From sequence record NC_028957.1: a DNA stretch of 64,000 bases, one strand, 5' to 3'. Made by a program: the position numbers and the translations under genes. Shown piece by piece: positions 45,104-56,141 of the stretch; position 1 is the first letter of the stretch, and each line of letters begins with the position of its first letter. The notes under the pieces were generated by a model that had not been told where the DNA came from, searched no databases, and saw only the letters and a program-made list of their open reading frames with translations. The DNA comes from Escherichia phage vB_EcoM_VR26.

Positions 45104-47049
45104 TGGCTACTCCTACGAATTACCAATTAACAAGAACCGTTAACGCTATCCCAAAAGTATTTGTGGGAGCTACGTTTGAAGAAATTAAAAAGAACATCAT
45201 CGACTGGTTATCAAGCCAGGATGAATTTAAGGATTATGATTTCGTAGGTTCGCGAATGAACATCCTGATTGATATGCTTGCATATAATACATTGTATATG
45301 CAGCAGTTTGCTAATACAGCGGTTTATGAAACATTCATCGGAACTGCAAACTTAAGGTCTTCGGTTGTTCAGGCGGCACAGGATAATGGCTATCTTCCAT
45401 CTTCTCGCTCAGCTGCAAAGACTTCTGTTATGTTGACGTGTTCCCATGCTCTGCAGCCATCGAATATTGAAATACCTCGTGGAACTAAGTTCCTGGCTTA
45501 TGCTCGGGATACATCAGCTGACCCTTATGTTTTTGTTACCACGGAAAATGTTATCGCAGTTAAAGATATTAACAACCAATACCTTCCGATTGTATCTCTG
45601 GCACAAGGTCGTATTATTCGTACAGAACTTTTATATGACCCGAAACAACCTATTCTTATTCGTGACCCGGATATCGACCGCAAAGAAGTTAAGTTATACG
45701 TGAACGGCGTTGAGTGGGTTGACTGGACGAACAAATCAATGGTTCACGCTGGTTCGACTTCCACCATATTTTATATGCGTGAAACAATCGATGGTTATAC
45801 GGAATTTTTCTTCGGTGAAGGTGAATCTACTAAATCTGTAGCCGGCGGCGTTATGGAAGCCAACTATATTGGCGGTCTTAAACCTGTGCAAGATTCGACA
45901 ATTGTTATTGAGTATCTTCGTACATCAGGAGCGGATGCTAACGGTGCAGTAGATTTCAGTTATGCTGATACGTTGTCTTATATCACAGTGGATAAGATTA
46001 CCGAAAACTACAATGACGACCCTGATTATGTCGGTGCCGATGGTGGTGGTGACCAGGAAGATATCGAACGAATCCGTGAACTGGCTGTTGTTAAACGTGA
46101 AGCGCAGATGCGTGCTGTCACCGGAACGGATTATGATACCTTCGTATCTGAAAGATTCGGCTCAATCGTGCAAGCCGTACAGACGTTTACGGACGCCAAT
46201 AAACCTGGGTATGCGTTTATATCAGTTAAGCCTAAATCGGGCCTATATCTCACTGCAGTGCAGCGTGAGGACATACAGAACTACCTGGCGGATTTCAACG
46301 TATCAACAATTACACCATCGGTTATTTCTCCAGATTATTTGTTCCTTAGACATAATATCAAAGTATCTTATGCACTGAACAAATTACAAGAATCTGAACA
46401 ATGGTTGCAAGCGCAAATCATTAATCAAATTGACCGTTATTATATCGATGAAGTCGAAATCTTTAACAGAAGTTTTGCTAAGTCAAAAATGCTCACATAT
46501 GTTGATAATACTGACCATAGTATTCTTGGTTCGTCTGCAACTATTTCGATGGTGCGTGAAGTCCTGAACTTCTTTAAGACACCAGAATCCGGCATTAAAT
46601 ACTATAACCAGTATGGCAACCGTTCCGTCGAATCAAGTGAATTTGAATTTGTTCCGACCACAGGTGAAGCCTATAACGTTCGCATTGTTGCAACTGATAA
46701 AGATTCTCGTGGTGATGGTAAAATGGTAATTGGTCCATTCCGTCAGGGCGATGTTATCGAAAACGTAAACATCCAGCCTTATCTACAAGATGACTTTAAT
46801 AAAATGGAAGCTCCGGCTGACCAAACAGTTTATTACGCAATCGGCGAAATTGACTATTATTCTGATTATATTTTTTGGGATATCGCTGCGATTGGATTGA
46901 CCTCCGACCGCTTTGAGGTTCAATCAATCGAACTTTATGCAAGTCCTAACCAAGATAATATATACACGCAAGATGGTTCGCTGATTGTATTTGAGAATGA
47001 CCTTCGTCCCCAATATACAAAGATTGACCTCGAACCAATTACACTATAA
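45103..47049 (+). CDS. 6: Baseplate wedge protein gp6
   Basis: 648 aa; [17 protein letters not shown]... colinear with T4 gp6 from memory. Confidence 0.95.
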   Translation: MATPTNYQLTRTVNAIPKVFVGATFEEIKKNIIDWLSSQDEFKDYDFVGSRMNILIDMLAYNTLYMQQFANTAVYETFIGTANLRSSVVQAAQDNGYLPSSRSAAKTSVMLTCSHALQPSNIEIPRGTKFLAYARDTSADPYVFVTTENVIAVKDINNQYLPIVSLAQGRIIRTELLYDPKQPILIRDPDIDRKEVKLYVNGVEWVDWTNKSMVHAGSTSTIFYMRETIDGYTEFFFGEGESTKSVAGGVMEANYIGGLKPVQDSTIVIEYLRTSGADANGAVDFSYADTLSYITVDKITENYNDDPDYVGADGGGDQEDIERIRELAVVKREAQMRAVTGTDYDTFVSERFGSIVQAVQTFTDANKPGYAFISVKPKSGLYLTAVQREDIQNYLADFNVSTITPSVISPDYLFLRHNIKVSYALNKLQESEQWLQAQIINQIDRYYIDEVEIFNRSFAKSKMLTYVDNTDHSILGSSATISMVREVLNFFKTPESGIKYYNQYGNRSVESSEFEFVPTTGEAYNVRIVATDKDSRGDGKMVIGPFRQGDVIENVNIQPYLQDDFNKMEAPADQTVYYAIGEIDYYSDYIFWDIAAIGLTSDRFEVQSIELYASPNQDNIYTQDGSLIVFENDLRPQYTKIDLEPITL

Positions 47050-47068
47050 GCCTCTTCGGAGGCTTTTT
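47049..47068 (+). terminator. Hairpin with UUCG loop between genes 6 and 7
   Basis: AGCCTC-ttcg-GAGGCT followed by TTTT then SD of gene 7. Confidence 0.4.
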
Positions 47069-47077
47069 AAGGAAACC

Positions 47078-50000
47078 ATGATGAGTGTTAAAGCCCCTTA
47101 TGTAACCAGCTTACGGATTGATAAACTATCTGCTAACCAGGTTAGCATAAAATGGGATAATGTTGGCGCCAACTTTTATTATTTTGTTGAGATTGCTCCG
47201 ACAAAAGAAAATGGTGTTGCTATTCCAGAAGAAAATCTGTTATGGAGGAATTTAGGTTATACTCCAGACAATGAATGGTTCGAACAAGATTTTATTCGTC
47301 CAGTATCATTTTACAAAATGCGTGTTGCCGTTGCAGCAATGGGTTTTGAGCAATCTGATTGGGTTTATACCGAAGAATTTGAAACCTTTGCAACTAACGC
47401 ATACACATTTGAACACATGCGTGAGTTTACATTAACAAATAAATTCATTGAAGAAAAATTCGCAAACAACAACCAGGCTTATATTAACTTTAATAATGAT
47501 GCGATTACGGCATCGTTGATGTCCGAAGATTTTAGCTTTACTCCTGCATATTCTCATTTGTCTTCAATTTCAAACTATGTATTAAAGGAAGACCAATATC
47601 ACGAAATTCAGGGTAGCATTCAGCCAGTGTGTAACGATGTTAATCGTACAATGATTGCTGAACTTGGTGGCGTGTTGTATTTGTTTGAACGATTCCAGAC
47701 AACTGTCAAAGTCTCCAATGATAAAGGACAGAACTGGTATTATGTGAAATTGTTTAATGACCGTATCGGCAACCCCGTATCGCGCACAATTTATTATCAA
47801 TCAGATACGACAACTTATGTGCTTGGGTATGACCGAATTTTTTACGGTCGTAAATCAAGTGACGTAAGATGGTCTGCTGATGATGTTCGATTCAGTTCTC
47901 AGGATATAACATTTGCAAAAATTGGTTCGGATATCAATCTCGGATTCGATATTGAAATATTTGGCACGTATGCAAGACTCCCTGCTTATATCTCAACAAT
48001 TGCTGAAGCAATTACTACGACTGATTCCATGATTTACGTTTCTGGCCGTGACCGCGTGTACAAAGCTAAATCTTCTGATGCTCCGATTGATAATGACCCT
48101 AACTCTCCAACGTTTGGTGAAAAATTGTTTGAAGCTGGTTTTAGCACAATAAGCGGCAACCCAAAAGCTGTTTGTTATAAGATGGATTCAATTGATGGTG
48201 AAGTGTTTGCATTAATCACAGGTGAAGTAAAAGAAGAACGTCAAGACCCGACTAAACCTGAAAACGTTGTCGATTCACTATCGAAGGGCGTTTATAAATT
48301 AAATACTGATACCGATACATGGACACGAGTTTTTGGTAACACAGAAGACGAACGTCGCCGTATTGAACATGGTTACACAAGCATGTCAACTGATGGAATT
48401 GAACTTTTTATCAGTTCAAGTAATTTCCATTATTCCGTGGAACCAGATACTGCATTACCTGAAAAATACCCTGATGAAGTTAATAGCGCAGTCAAATATG
48501 TGTACGACGAACAATGGATACATGACAAGCATTATTTGATGATGAGTTTTAGGTCAAATAAAGATTCAGGCTGGGAAGAATTTAAACCAGGTCGAATGAC
48601 TTATTACGCTGAACCATTTTTCAACTGGTCAAGACGCGATGATACTCGTTGTTGGATTACGACTTCTGACCGAGCTCTGGTTGTGTACAACGATATGTTG
48701 TATCAAAAAATTATCGATACATTCGGCGGTTCATCCCCGGAACGTATTGTGCATGAATATTGGAACAAAGGTCAAGTAACAGTAACAGCGCCTAACATCG
48801 AATTTAATGGCTTTAAAAAATATGCTTCCGGTATTATGCTGCACAAAAATACTGGGGAACTTATTGGTTATTTTGAATTCGACTATCGTATGCGTGATGA
48901 AGTTCGCCTTATCTGGAAACCAAAAGAAATTATGTTCACTGCTGAATTACAAAACCAGGAACACGATATTCCATGGACTCCTGATAATGATAATCAGGAA
49001 AAAGACCCGGACTTGCGCCCGTTGTTAACTAAAATGGTACCGGATAGTTACTTACTACAAGATTCCAACTTTGAAAAATTCTGTGAATACTATTTGCAGT
49101 TTATCAGTGATGGTTCTGGTACGTATTACAACAACCTTTTAAATCTTATTCGCAACCAATATCCTCGTGAAGAAGATGCATGGGAATACTTGTGGAGTGA
49201 GATGTACAAAAGAAACATTTATTTGTCAAAAACCAAGCGTGATGAAGTTGTAAGGTTTTTCGAAGCTCGCCAATCAGATTTCTGGGCAACCAAGGGGACT
49301 GAAGCGTCTTACAAATTCTTGTTTAAATTGTTGTACAATGAAGACGTTGAAATTGATATCGAATCCAAGAATGGAACCGAATACGACATAATTGTTGAAT
49401 CTGATAATATCAGTGAAGATATCGTAGGGCAAACCATTTACACCCCAACTGGCCGTAGTAACGTAACTTATATGGAGCGTGACTATAAACAGGGTAAATT
49501 GAGATGGCGTATAACAATCCATAACTTGCTTGGACGCTTTATTGTCGGTCAAGAAATTAAATCCGAACGAACTTCTTTCGAAGGTATGATTGTTCAGGGT
49601 GTTCGCGGTAAAGAATTGTTAAGCAACAATATTGACTATATCAACCGAAATCGTTCTTATTATGTGATGACTATTAAATCAAGTCTGCCTACCTCCCGTT
49701 ATCGCAATGACGTTTTGCGTTTTGTGCATCCGGTTGGATTTGGATTTGTTGGAATTACATTATTGACAATGTTTGTTAACGCGGGTTTGTCATTAAAACA
49801 CACTGAGACAATTATCAACAAATTGAACAACTATCGTTGGTCGTCTGGTATTCCGTCTGAATGGTGTGACCGTATCGCAGTTATCGGTGTTGATAGTAAT
49901 ATTGAGAAAAACCCAGTCACTGGTGAAGCAGTATATAATATTGCTCCTAATGCTGGATTGCCGTTCCCATTACCGGCCGATTACGATGCAGAAAACGATT

Positions 50001-50176
50001 TCTCGGATTTCCATGGAACTCTTCCTTCTGAACGTCGTAAAAAGTACAGTCCATTGTTTGACCAGTCTGCGGTTACATTTTCTAACTGGCGCAATTTGGT
50101 TAATCAACGTCTTAAGGATGATATTGGAAATCCACGTGACCCTAGAGACCCGACACAGGTAAAAGTAAATGAATAA
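47078..50176 (+). CDS. 7: Baseplate wedge protein gp7
   Basis: Start MMSVKAPYVTSLRIDKLSANQVSIKWDNVGANFYYFV after SD AAGGA; track ORF 46985 overlaps gene 6. Confidence 0.95.
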   Translation: MMSVKAPYVTSLRIDKLSANQVSIKWDNVGANFYYFVEIAPTKENGVAIPEENLLWRNLGYTPDNEWFEQDFIRPVSFYKMRVAVAAMGFEQSDWVYTEEFETFATNAYTFEHMREFTLTNKFIEEKFANNNQAYINFNNDAITASLMSEDFSFTPAYSHLSSISNYVLKEDQYHEIQGSIQPVCNDVNRTMIAELGGVLYLFERFQTTVKVSNDKGQNWYYVKLFNDRIGNPVSRTIYYQSDTTTYVLGYDRIFYGRKSSDVRWSADDVRFSSQDITFAKIGSDINLGFDIEIFGTYARLPAYISTIAEAITTTDSMIYVSGRDRVYKAKSSDAPIDNDPNSPTFGEKLFEAGFSTISGNPKAVCYKMDSIDGEVFALITGEVKEERQDPTKPENVVDSLSKGVYKLNTDTDTWTRVFGNTEDERRRIEHGYTSMSTDGIELFISSSNFHYSVEPDTALPEKYPDEVNSAVKYVYDEQWIHDKHYLMMSFRSNKDSGWEEFKPGRMTYYAEPFFNWSRRDDTRCWITTSDRALVVYNDMLYQKIIDTFGGSSPERIVHEYWNKGQVTVTAPNIEFNGFKKYASGIMLHKNTGELIGYFEFDYRMRDEVRLIWKPKEIMFTAELQNQEHDIPWTPDNDNQEKDPDLRPLLTKMVPDSYLLQDSNFEKFCEYYLQFISDGSGTYYNNLLNLIRNQYPREEDAWEYLWSEMYKRNIYLSKTKRDEVVRFFEARQSDFWATKGTEASYKFLFKLLYNEDVEIDIESKNGTEYDIIVESDNISEDIVGQTIYTPTGRSNVTYMERDYKQGKLRWRITIHNLLGRFIVGQEIKSERTSFEGMIVQGVRGKELLSNNIDYINRNRSYYVMTIKSSLPTSRYRNDVLRFVHPVGFGFVGITLLTMFVNAGLSLKHTETIINKLNNYRWSSGIPSEWCDRIAVIGVDSNIEKNPVTGEAVYNIAPNAGLPFPLPADYDAENDFSDFHGTLPSERRKKYSPLFDQSAVTFSNWRNLVNQRLKDDIGNPRDPRDPTQVKVNE

Positions 50177-51173
50177 TTCAACTGTAGTTTACCGTTCGAT
50201 AATTACCTCCAAATTTCGAACGGAAAAAATGTATAATTTCTATAAAATGATTGGCAACGAACCGGACGAAAACACTATGTATGTGACGTTCGGACGCGCT
50301 GAACCCTGGGCATCGAATGAGAATGACCCGGGGTTCGCCCCTCCTTATCCTGTTGATACAGCGCAAGGTGTTGAAGATACATGGACAAATATGATGGGCG
50401 CCGTTAAGGTTTACAAATCAATGCTTGACTGTGTTGTCCCTCGCAAAGACTGGGGTGATATAAGATATCCTAATCCGTTGAACTTCCAAGTCGGTGAAAT
50501 TGTTGTAGCTAACAGCGCACCATATAACCGAACAGATGTTGGTAAAGGTTGGATGGTTTATCGTTGTGTTGATGTTCCGGATGTTGGTACTTGCTCCATT
50601 TATTCAATTATCAATAAAGAAGAATGCTTAAAACTCGGTGGTCGCTGGACTGCAGAATTTAACTCAACCCGTGCCCCCGCAGGTACAGGTGATACCGAAG
50701 GAAGAGTTGATATGGGCGATGGTTATCTGTGGGAATATTTGTATGAGATTCCACCGGATGTGTCTATCAACCGATGCACAAACGAATATATCGTTGTTCC
50801 ATGGCCGGAAGAAATTGAGGAAGACCCTGTTCGTTGGGGATATGCAGACAATATCAGCTGGCAGCAAAATGATTATGGATTGATTTATCGAATTAAAGGT
50901 TATACGATTCGATTTAAAGCATTCATGGATTCCATTTACTTCCCGGAATTTAGTTTACCAGGTAACAAAGGTTTCCGTCAGCTGTCGATTATTGCTAACC
51001 CATTGGAAGTAAAAGTTCACCCTAATGACCCAAATATCAAAGCAATCAAAGAATACTATGATGCGATTGATTTGGACCGTCATTCTGGGGAAATGATTTA
51101 CATGGAAAACCGTCCGCCGATTATCCGTGCAATGGACCAGACAGAAGAAGTTAATATTATTTTTGAATTCTAA
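50169..51173 (+). CDS. 8: Baseplate wedge protein gp8
   Basis: 334 aa; SIITSKFRTEKM...NTMYVTFGRAEPWASNEN matches T4 gp8. Confidence 0.95.
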   Translation: MNNSTVVYRSIITSKFRTEKMYNFYKMIGNEPDENTMYVTFGRAEPWASNENDPGFAPPYPVDTAQGVEDTWTNMMGAVKVYKSMLDCVVPRKDWGDIRYPNPLNFQVGEIVVANSAPYNRTDVGKGWMVYRCVDVPDVGTCSIYSIINKEECLKLGGRWTAEFNSTRAPAGTGDTEGRVDMGDGYLWEYLYEIPPDVSINRCTNEYIVVPWPEEIEEDPVRWGYADNISWQQNDYGLIYRIKGYTIRFKAFMDSIYFPEFSLPGNKGFRQLSIIANPLEVKVHPNDPNIKAIKEYYDAIDLDRHSGEMIYMENRPPIIRAMDQTEEVNIIFEF

Positions 51174-51176
51174 CAA

Positions 51177-51199
51177 GGGACCTTTGGGTCCCTTTTTTA
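51177..51199 (+). terminator. Rho-independent terminator after gene 8
   Basis: GGGACC-tttg-GGTCCC followed by TTTTTTATTTT. Confidence 0.65.
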
Positions 51200-51202
51200 T
51201 TT

Positions 51203-51210
51203 TATAAATA
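51203..51210 (+). promoter_or_regulatory. Late promoter TATAAATA for gene 9
   Basis: Exact TATAAATA 28 nt upstream of ATG. Confidence 0.6.
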
Positions 51211-51237
51211 TAGCTATATCAATAACGAGGCTTACCT

Positions 51238-52107
51238 ATGATTAATCAAACCCCAAAATTATTAGTAGACATCGGCGAGATTGGTAACGCCAGCACCGGT
51301 GATATTCTATATGAAGGCGGTCGTAAACTGAACGTGGATTTAGACAGTTTGTATAATACATTCGGTGACCAGCGTCTGTACTCTGTGAACAATGGAGAAA
51401 ACTCCCAGGTACTTCATGCGACTGGCTACTATCAAAAAGCTACAAATATCATCGAATGGAACTCAACTGTTGCTCTCGGCTCTATGCGTGATGTCAATAC
51501 TGCAGAAGGAGTTGTTACTGCAAGAATTGCAAAAGGTAAAGCGGGTGAAGGCATTATCTTTATTAACTCCAACGGTTCATTATCTACCTCGATGCCACTG
51601 GAAGTTGAACTGCAAGGCACAGATTCGTTCCTGACCGCTGCAACGAACAAAATGAAATTTACCCAACCTTATACAAAAATTACATTGTGGTGTATTGACG
51701 ATGCCAACGGCGTAGGTACCTGGGACTACAAAATCGAAAGTATGTTTGGCAACCAATCTGTATTGCTCGACAAAACATATAATATGAGCTCGGTTGTTCG
51801 TGATATTCCAATCGCTTTCCGGGCAGATTATAAAACTATAAAATTGATGCTGACAGCTATTTCAACAGACGAAACTAAATACAAAGCATCAGAAATATTA
51901 CTTTACATCGACCTTAAAGACCGCAAGGTATATAGCACAGAATACGCTGTAATCAGACGTGGTCAAGCTAGCGAAGAAGATGAGATATACGCCATCGATT
52001 TTAGAATTGATAATCAGGACATCATCCAGGCGGCTATAAGCTCACCCACTGCCATGAAGCTCGCTATTAAAGTAATTTCCGCCCAAACAATCGGAGTACC
52101 GGTATAA
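51238..52107 (+). CDS. 9: Baseplate wedge / long-tail-fibre socket protein gp9
   Basis: 289 aa; MINQTPKLLVDIGEIGNASTGDILYEGGRKLN; preceded by TATAAATA. Confidence 0.95.
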   Translation: MINQTPKLLVDIGEIGNASTGDILYEGGRKLNVDLDSLYNTFGDQRLYSVNNGENSQVLHATGYYQKATNIIEWNSTVALGSMRDVNTAEGVVTARIAKGKAGEGIIFINSNGSLSTSMPLEVELQGTDSFLTAATNKMKFTQPYTKITLWCIDDANGVGTWDYKIESMFGNQSVLLDKTYNMSSVVRDIPIAFRADYKTIKLMLTAISTDETKYKASEILLYIDLKDRKVYSTEYAVIRRGQASEEDEIYAIDFRIDNQDIIQAAISSPTAMKLAIKVISAQTIGVPV

Positions 52108-53918
52108 TGAAACAGAATTTAAAAATTGGCAATATGGTTGATGATGGTACTGGTGATTACCTTCGTCTCGGTGGTCAAAAAATAAACAATAACTTTGATG
52201 ACCTTTATTATCAGCTGGGTGACGGTGAAAATCCTCACGCGGCCGGGTCATGGAAAACCTGGACTACGCAAGAAGGCACCGAGTTGTCTGCTGTTATGGG
52301 TCGAAGCTATACCATCGATACATCAGCTGGCGCAGTTCGAGTCGTCCTTCCGAAAGGAACAACTCAAGAATACAATTATGTAATTCGTTTGCGTGATGTG
52401 TTTGCTACATGGCAAATCAACCCAGTGACAATTGTTCCTGCAGTCGGGGATACAATTAAAGGCTCACCGAACCCAGTAGAAATTAAACGCAACTTGGCTG
52501 ACCTCGAACTTGTATATTGTTCACCAGGTCGCTGGGAATATATTGATAATAAACAAGTCGATAAAATTTCAAATAACGACGTTGCCACAGTTGCATCCCA
52601 ACAGTTTATTGCAACTGAAGGTCAAACTGACTTTATCAATGTTTTTGGTGCTATTCCGTATAGTGTATCGAACTTAGAAGTCAAACATCGTGGTAACGAC
52701 TTGTTTTATGGTAAAGACGATATTTTTGACCCGGTGAATGCTGAATTCGGTTCCCCCGGCACAAACCCAGGCGAAATTGTTGCGCTTGACGGTAAAAGTA
52801 TCCGTCTAAAAATGCCATGTGCTGAAGGTGATACGGTTATCATCCGAACATTTAATGATGGTATTGCTCAATGGCGTAGTTCGTATAACCGTCGTGATGT
52901 GCTTGTTCGTAGCCAGGACAGGACTAAAGAAACAACAATTAATGGTTCTTTGATTGTTACAGATTTGGCATCCAAACACACATTTACAATTGAAGAACTT
53001 GGTATTTCTCCAGGTAGCCCAATTAACCCAAACGCATGTCAGGTATTCATTAACAGTATTTTACAACATCAAGCCGGTACTGCAGGAACTCCAGTATTTT
53101 ATTGTGAAGGTGCACAAGGTTCTACTGCTGCGGAATGTAGTGCAAATGGTGGTAGTTGGTCCGAATCAACCCAGGATTATTTGCTACAATTTGATGAGGA
53201 CAACCGTATTGAAGGTATTAGCATTTATCGTGAATTTGAAGACGGTGATATTCTGTCGGTCATTTGGTACAATAACGATATCGGCACAACTATGACCATG
53301 GATGAAATCCGTGATGAGACTGATACTCTTTATGTTTCTCAGGGAAATACATTGAGCCTAACCGGTCGTGTACGTATTACAGATTTTGATAATCCATTTG
53401 CACCGAACGTTGAGCCAGTCGGTCTTCAAGAAGTTGTTCCATCTTCTGTTGGTGCTATCTTTGAATTATTCTACCCTGTTGGTACAATTTACGAAAATAC
53501 GGTTAACCCAAATAACCCGGTTACTTATATGGGGTTTGGTTCATGGAAACGTCTTAAAGAACGCGTAATTGTTGCCTGGTCGGACGACCCTGCCTCAAAC
53601 TTCCATACAAACAATAACGACCTGGATTCTGGTGGTAACCCACAAGCGACGGCAGGCGGCACAGGTGGTAGCGTTGAAGTTCATATTAAAGATATAAATG
53701 TACCTAAACTTGAAACTGATGAGAAAGTTTTGGTTGTTGATGATAATGGTCCAATTGTCGTCGGTGGTTGTCAGGTAGACCCAGATGCACAAGGTCCAGC
53801 TTATACCAAATACAGAGAAGATAAAGCCACCATTAATCAGGCACAAGACCCTCAAGCTCAACCGGTTTATACAATGCCTCCATATTTGATTGCTCATCGC
53901 TGGGTAAGGATTGCTTAA
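52107..53918 (+). CDS. 10: Baseplate wedge protein gp10
   Basis: 603 aa at T4 gp10 position and size; MKQNLKIGNMVDDGTGDYLRLGG. Confidence 0.95.
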   Translation: MKQNLKIGNMVDDGTGDYLRLGGQKINNNFDDLYYQLGDGENPHAAGSWKTWTTQEGTELSAVMGRSYTIDTSAGAVRVVLPKGTTQEYNYVIRLRDVFATWQINPVTIVPAVGDTIKGSPNPVEIKRNLADLELVYCSPGRWEYIDNKQVDKISNNDVATVASQQFIATEGQTDFINVFGAIPYSVSNLEVKHRGNDLFYGKDDIFDPVNAEFGSPGTNPGEIVALDGKSIRLKMPCAEGDTVIIRTFNDGIAQWRSSYNRRDVLVRSQDRTKETTINGSLIVTDLASKHTFTIEELGISPGSPINPNACQVFINSILQHQAGTAGTPVFYCEGAQGSTAAECSANGGSWSESTQDYLLQFDEDNRIEGISIYREFEDGDILSVIWYNNDIGTTMTMDEIRDETDTLYVSQGNTLSLTGRVRITDFDNPFAPNVEPVGLQEVVPSSVGAIFELFYPVGTIYENTVNPNNPVTYMGFGSWKRLKERVIVAWSDDPASNFHTNNNDLDSGGNPQATAGGTGGSVEVHIKDINVPKLETDEKVLVVDDNGPIVVGGCQVDPDAQGPAYTKYREDKATINQAQDPQAQPVYTMPPYLIAHRWVRIA

Positions 53919-54583
53919 TGAAAACATTAACGAATAAAAAGGCTGGAGTAATTTCCCGCCATGCTAGTTACTTAGAATTTCAAAATACATCAAAAAATAT
54001 TACGGCTGTGATGGGTCAACGAGCAATCGGCGGCCCATCCGCAACACAGACAACCGAAGGTATTTTTTACCCAACAGTTCAGAGCGCAATAGATGATATT
54101 GCGTTTCGATATGAGCTTCCGGTTGGTAGTGTAATTACTAATACAAATAACCTTTCTCCAGCAGCAATCAGTCAGTCGGATAAAATTAAATTTACCGGGT
54201 CTATTTCTGGTGCCGGGGTCGGTGATACTGTTTTATTTTTCATTTTTGGTATTCCGGTTGAGGTTATTGTTGGGGATTCAGCCGTATTGGTTGCTTCCAA
54301 GGTTAACGATGCTTTGTTGACGGCTGTTGCTGATAGTTTAATCGTGTCAAGCTCTGCAATTGATAGTGTGGACCAGTCTATATTAAATATTACATATAAC
54401 GACTATCAAAACCATAATTTTGCACCTTTCGCTCAATATGGTTGTACGCTTAGCCAGACTATTACACAGCAACCGCGCGGCGGTTATGGTTCCTGGGAAT
54501 ATCTTGGAACTTCAACCCAGACGTTATCCGGCGGCTCAGCAAATGGCACAATTTCACTTTATCATTATAAGCGAGTATCATAA
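53918..54583 (+). CDS. 11: Baseplate wedge protein gp11
   Basis: 221 aa, T4 gp11 position and size. Confidence 0.9.
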   Translation: MKTLTNKKAGVISRHASYLEFQNTSKNITAVMGQRAIGGPSATQTTEGIFYPTVQSAIDDIAFRYELPVGSVITNTNNLSPAAISQSDKIKFTGSISGAGVGDTVLFFIFGIPVEVIVGDSAVLVASKVNDALLTAVADSLIVSSSAIDSVDQSILNITYNDYQNHNFAPFAQYGCTLSQTITQQPRGGYGSWEYLGTSTQTLSGGSANGTISLYHYKRVS

Positions 54584-56133
54584 TGACAATGCCAAACACA
54601 CTAAAACACATTAGCGACAAATCAGAATATAAATCATTCGACCCGGCGGGAACGGCTTTCCCGTCGACTGTTACCAACGTACAAGAGGCTTTAGGGTCTC
54701 TTAATAAAATTGCATTAGATGGATTTATCCCAGCCGCTTCGGAAACGACACCAGGGCTCATCAGACTGGCCACCACGCAAGAAGTTCTTGATGGCATTAG
54801 TCCAGACTCTGCTGTGACTCCAGCGACCTTAAAAGCTCGTTTAGACATCCCTACGCAAGCTACCGAAACTTATGTAGGTATTACCCGTTATGCCACCGAT
54901 GCAGAAGCAATCGCAGGGACCGTAACCGATGCAGCTATTGTTCCATCTTCATTAAAAGCAACAATTGATAATGTTTTTACTGTTCGTGTCGGTACCGAAA
55001 ATAACCTGGGTGTTCTTCGTATTAGCACCGAGGATGCAGCTTTAGCTGGTACAGATGATACAACCGCCATGTCTCCGTTGAAAGTTGCTCTGGCAATTGG
55101 CAAAGCAACCGCAGCGCTTCCGACTTATTCAACTGCCACACAAACTGTTTCCGGTTTAGTGCGAATTGCTACAAATGCTGAAGTACAAGCAGGAACTCTG
55201 GGTGACGGCGTGGCAATTTCTCCGGCTGGTTTAAATGCTCGTACAGCAACACAAGACCGCGCAGGGATTATTCGTCTGGGTAATCAGTCAGAAATCAATA
55301 ACAGTGCTGATGGTGTTGCGGTAACTGGTGCAACTCTTAATGGTCGTGGTGCTACAACCGATATTCGTGGTGTCGTTAGATTAACTACTCAGGCTGGGAT
55401 TGCTCCTGGTGGTGATGGAGCTGGAGCCCTGGCCTGGAACGCAGATGTAATTAACACTCGAGGTGGTCAACGAATTAATGGAAGTCTTTCTTTAGATTAT
55501 ATTTCCACTGGCAATATTGACTCCACTACGGCTCATATGGGCGGTCAATTACTTTCTACACAGCGTTATGCTTCCGAACGTGTTCCTGTCGGAACCGTGA
55601 TGATGTTTGCAGGTGATAGCGCTCCTCCTGGTTGGATTATGTGTCATGGCGGTACTGTTAATGGTGACCAATTCCCTGACTATCGAAATACTGTTGGGGC
55701 TCGTTTTGGTGGTGACTGGAATAACCCTGGCGTTCCTGATATGCGCGGCTTATTCGTTCGTGGCGCAGGTACAGGCGGTCATATTCTGAATAGCCGTGGT
55801 CAAGATGGTTATGGTAAAGACCGTTTGGGTGTTGGTTGTGATGGAATGCATGTTGGTGGTGTTCAGGCACAACAAATGTCATACCATAAACACGCTGGTG
55901 GCTGGGGTGAATATCAACGCAATGAAGCTCCATTTGGTGCGTCAGTTTATCAAGGTTATCTTGGTACCAGAAAATATTCAGACTGGGATAATGCTTCGTA
56001 TTTCACAAATGACGGATTTGAATTAGGTGGTGGTCGTGATTCTCTCGGAACGTTAAACCGTGAAGGCCTTATCGGATATGAAACAAGACCTTGGAATATG
56101 TCTTTAAACTATATTATTAAAGTTCACTATTAA
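54583..56133 (+). CDS. 12: Short tail fibre protein gp12
   Basis: 516 aa; repetitive Thr/Ala-rich shaft; T4 gp12 position. Confidence 0.9.
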   Translation: MTMPNTLKHISDKSEYKSFDPAGTAFPSTVTNVQEALGSLNKIALDGFIPAASETTPGLIRLATTQEVLDGISPDSAVTPATLKARLDIPTQATETYVGITRYATDAEAIAGTVTDAAIVPSSLKATIDNVFTVRVGTENNLGVLRISTEDAALAGTDDTTAMSPLKVALAIGKATAALPTYSTATQTVSGLVRIATNAEVQAGTLGDGVAISPAGLNARTATQDRAGIIRLGNQSEINNSADGVAVTGATLNGRGATTDIRGVVRLTTQAGIAPGGDGAGALAWNADVINTRGGQRINGSLSLDYISTGNIDSTTAHMGGQLLSTQRYASERVPVGTVMMFAGDSAPPGWIMCHGGTVNGDQFPDYRNTVGARFGGDWNNPGVPDMRGLFVRGAGTGGHILNSRGQDGYGKDRLGVGCDGMHVGGVQAQQMSYHKHAGGWGEYQRNEAPFGASVYQGYLGTRKYSDWDNASYFTNDGFELGGGRDSLGTLNREGLIGYETRPWNMSLNYIIKVHY

Positions 56134-56141
56134 GGACCAAA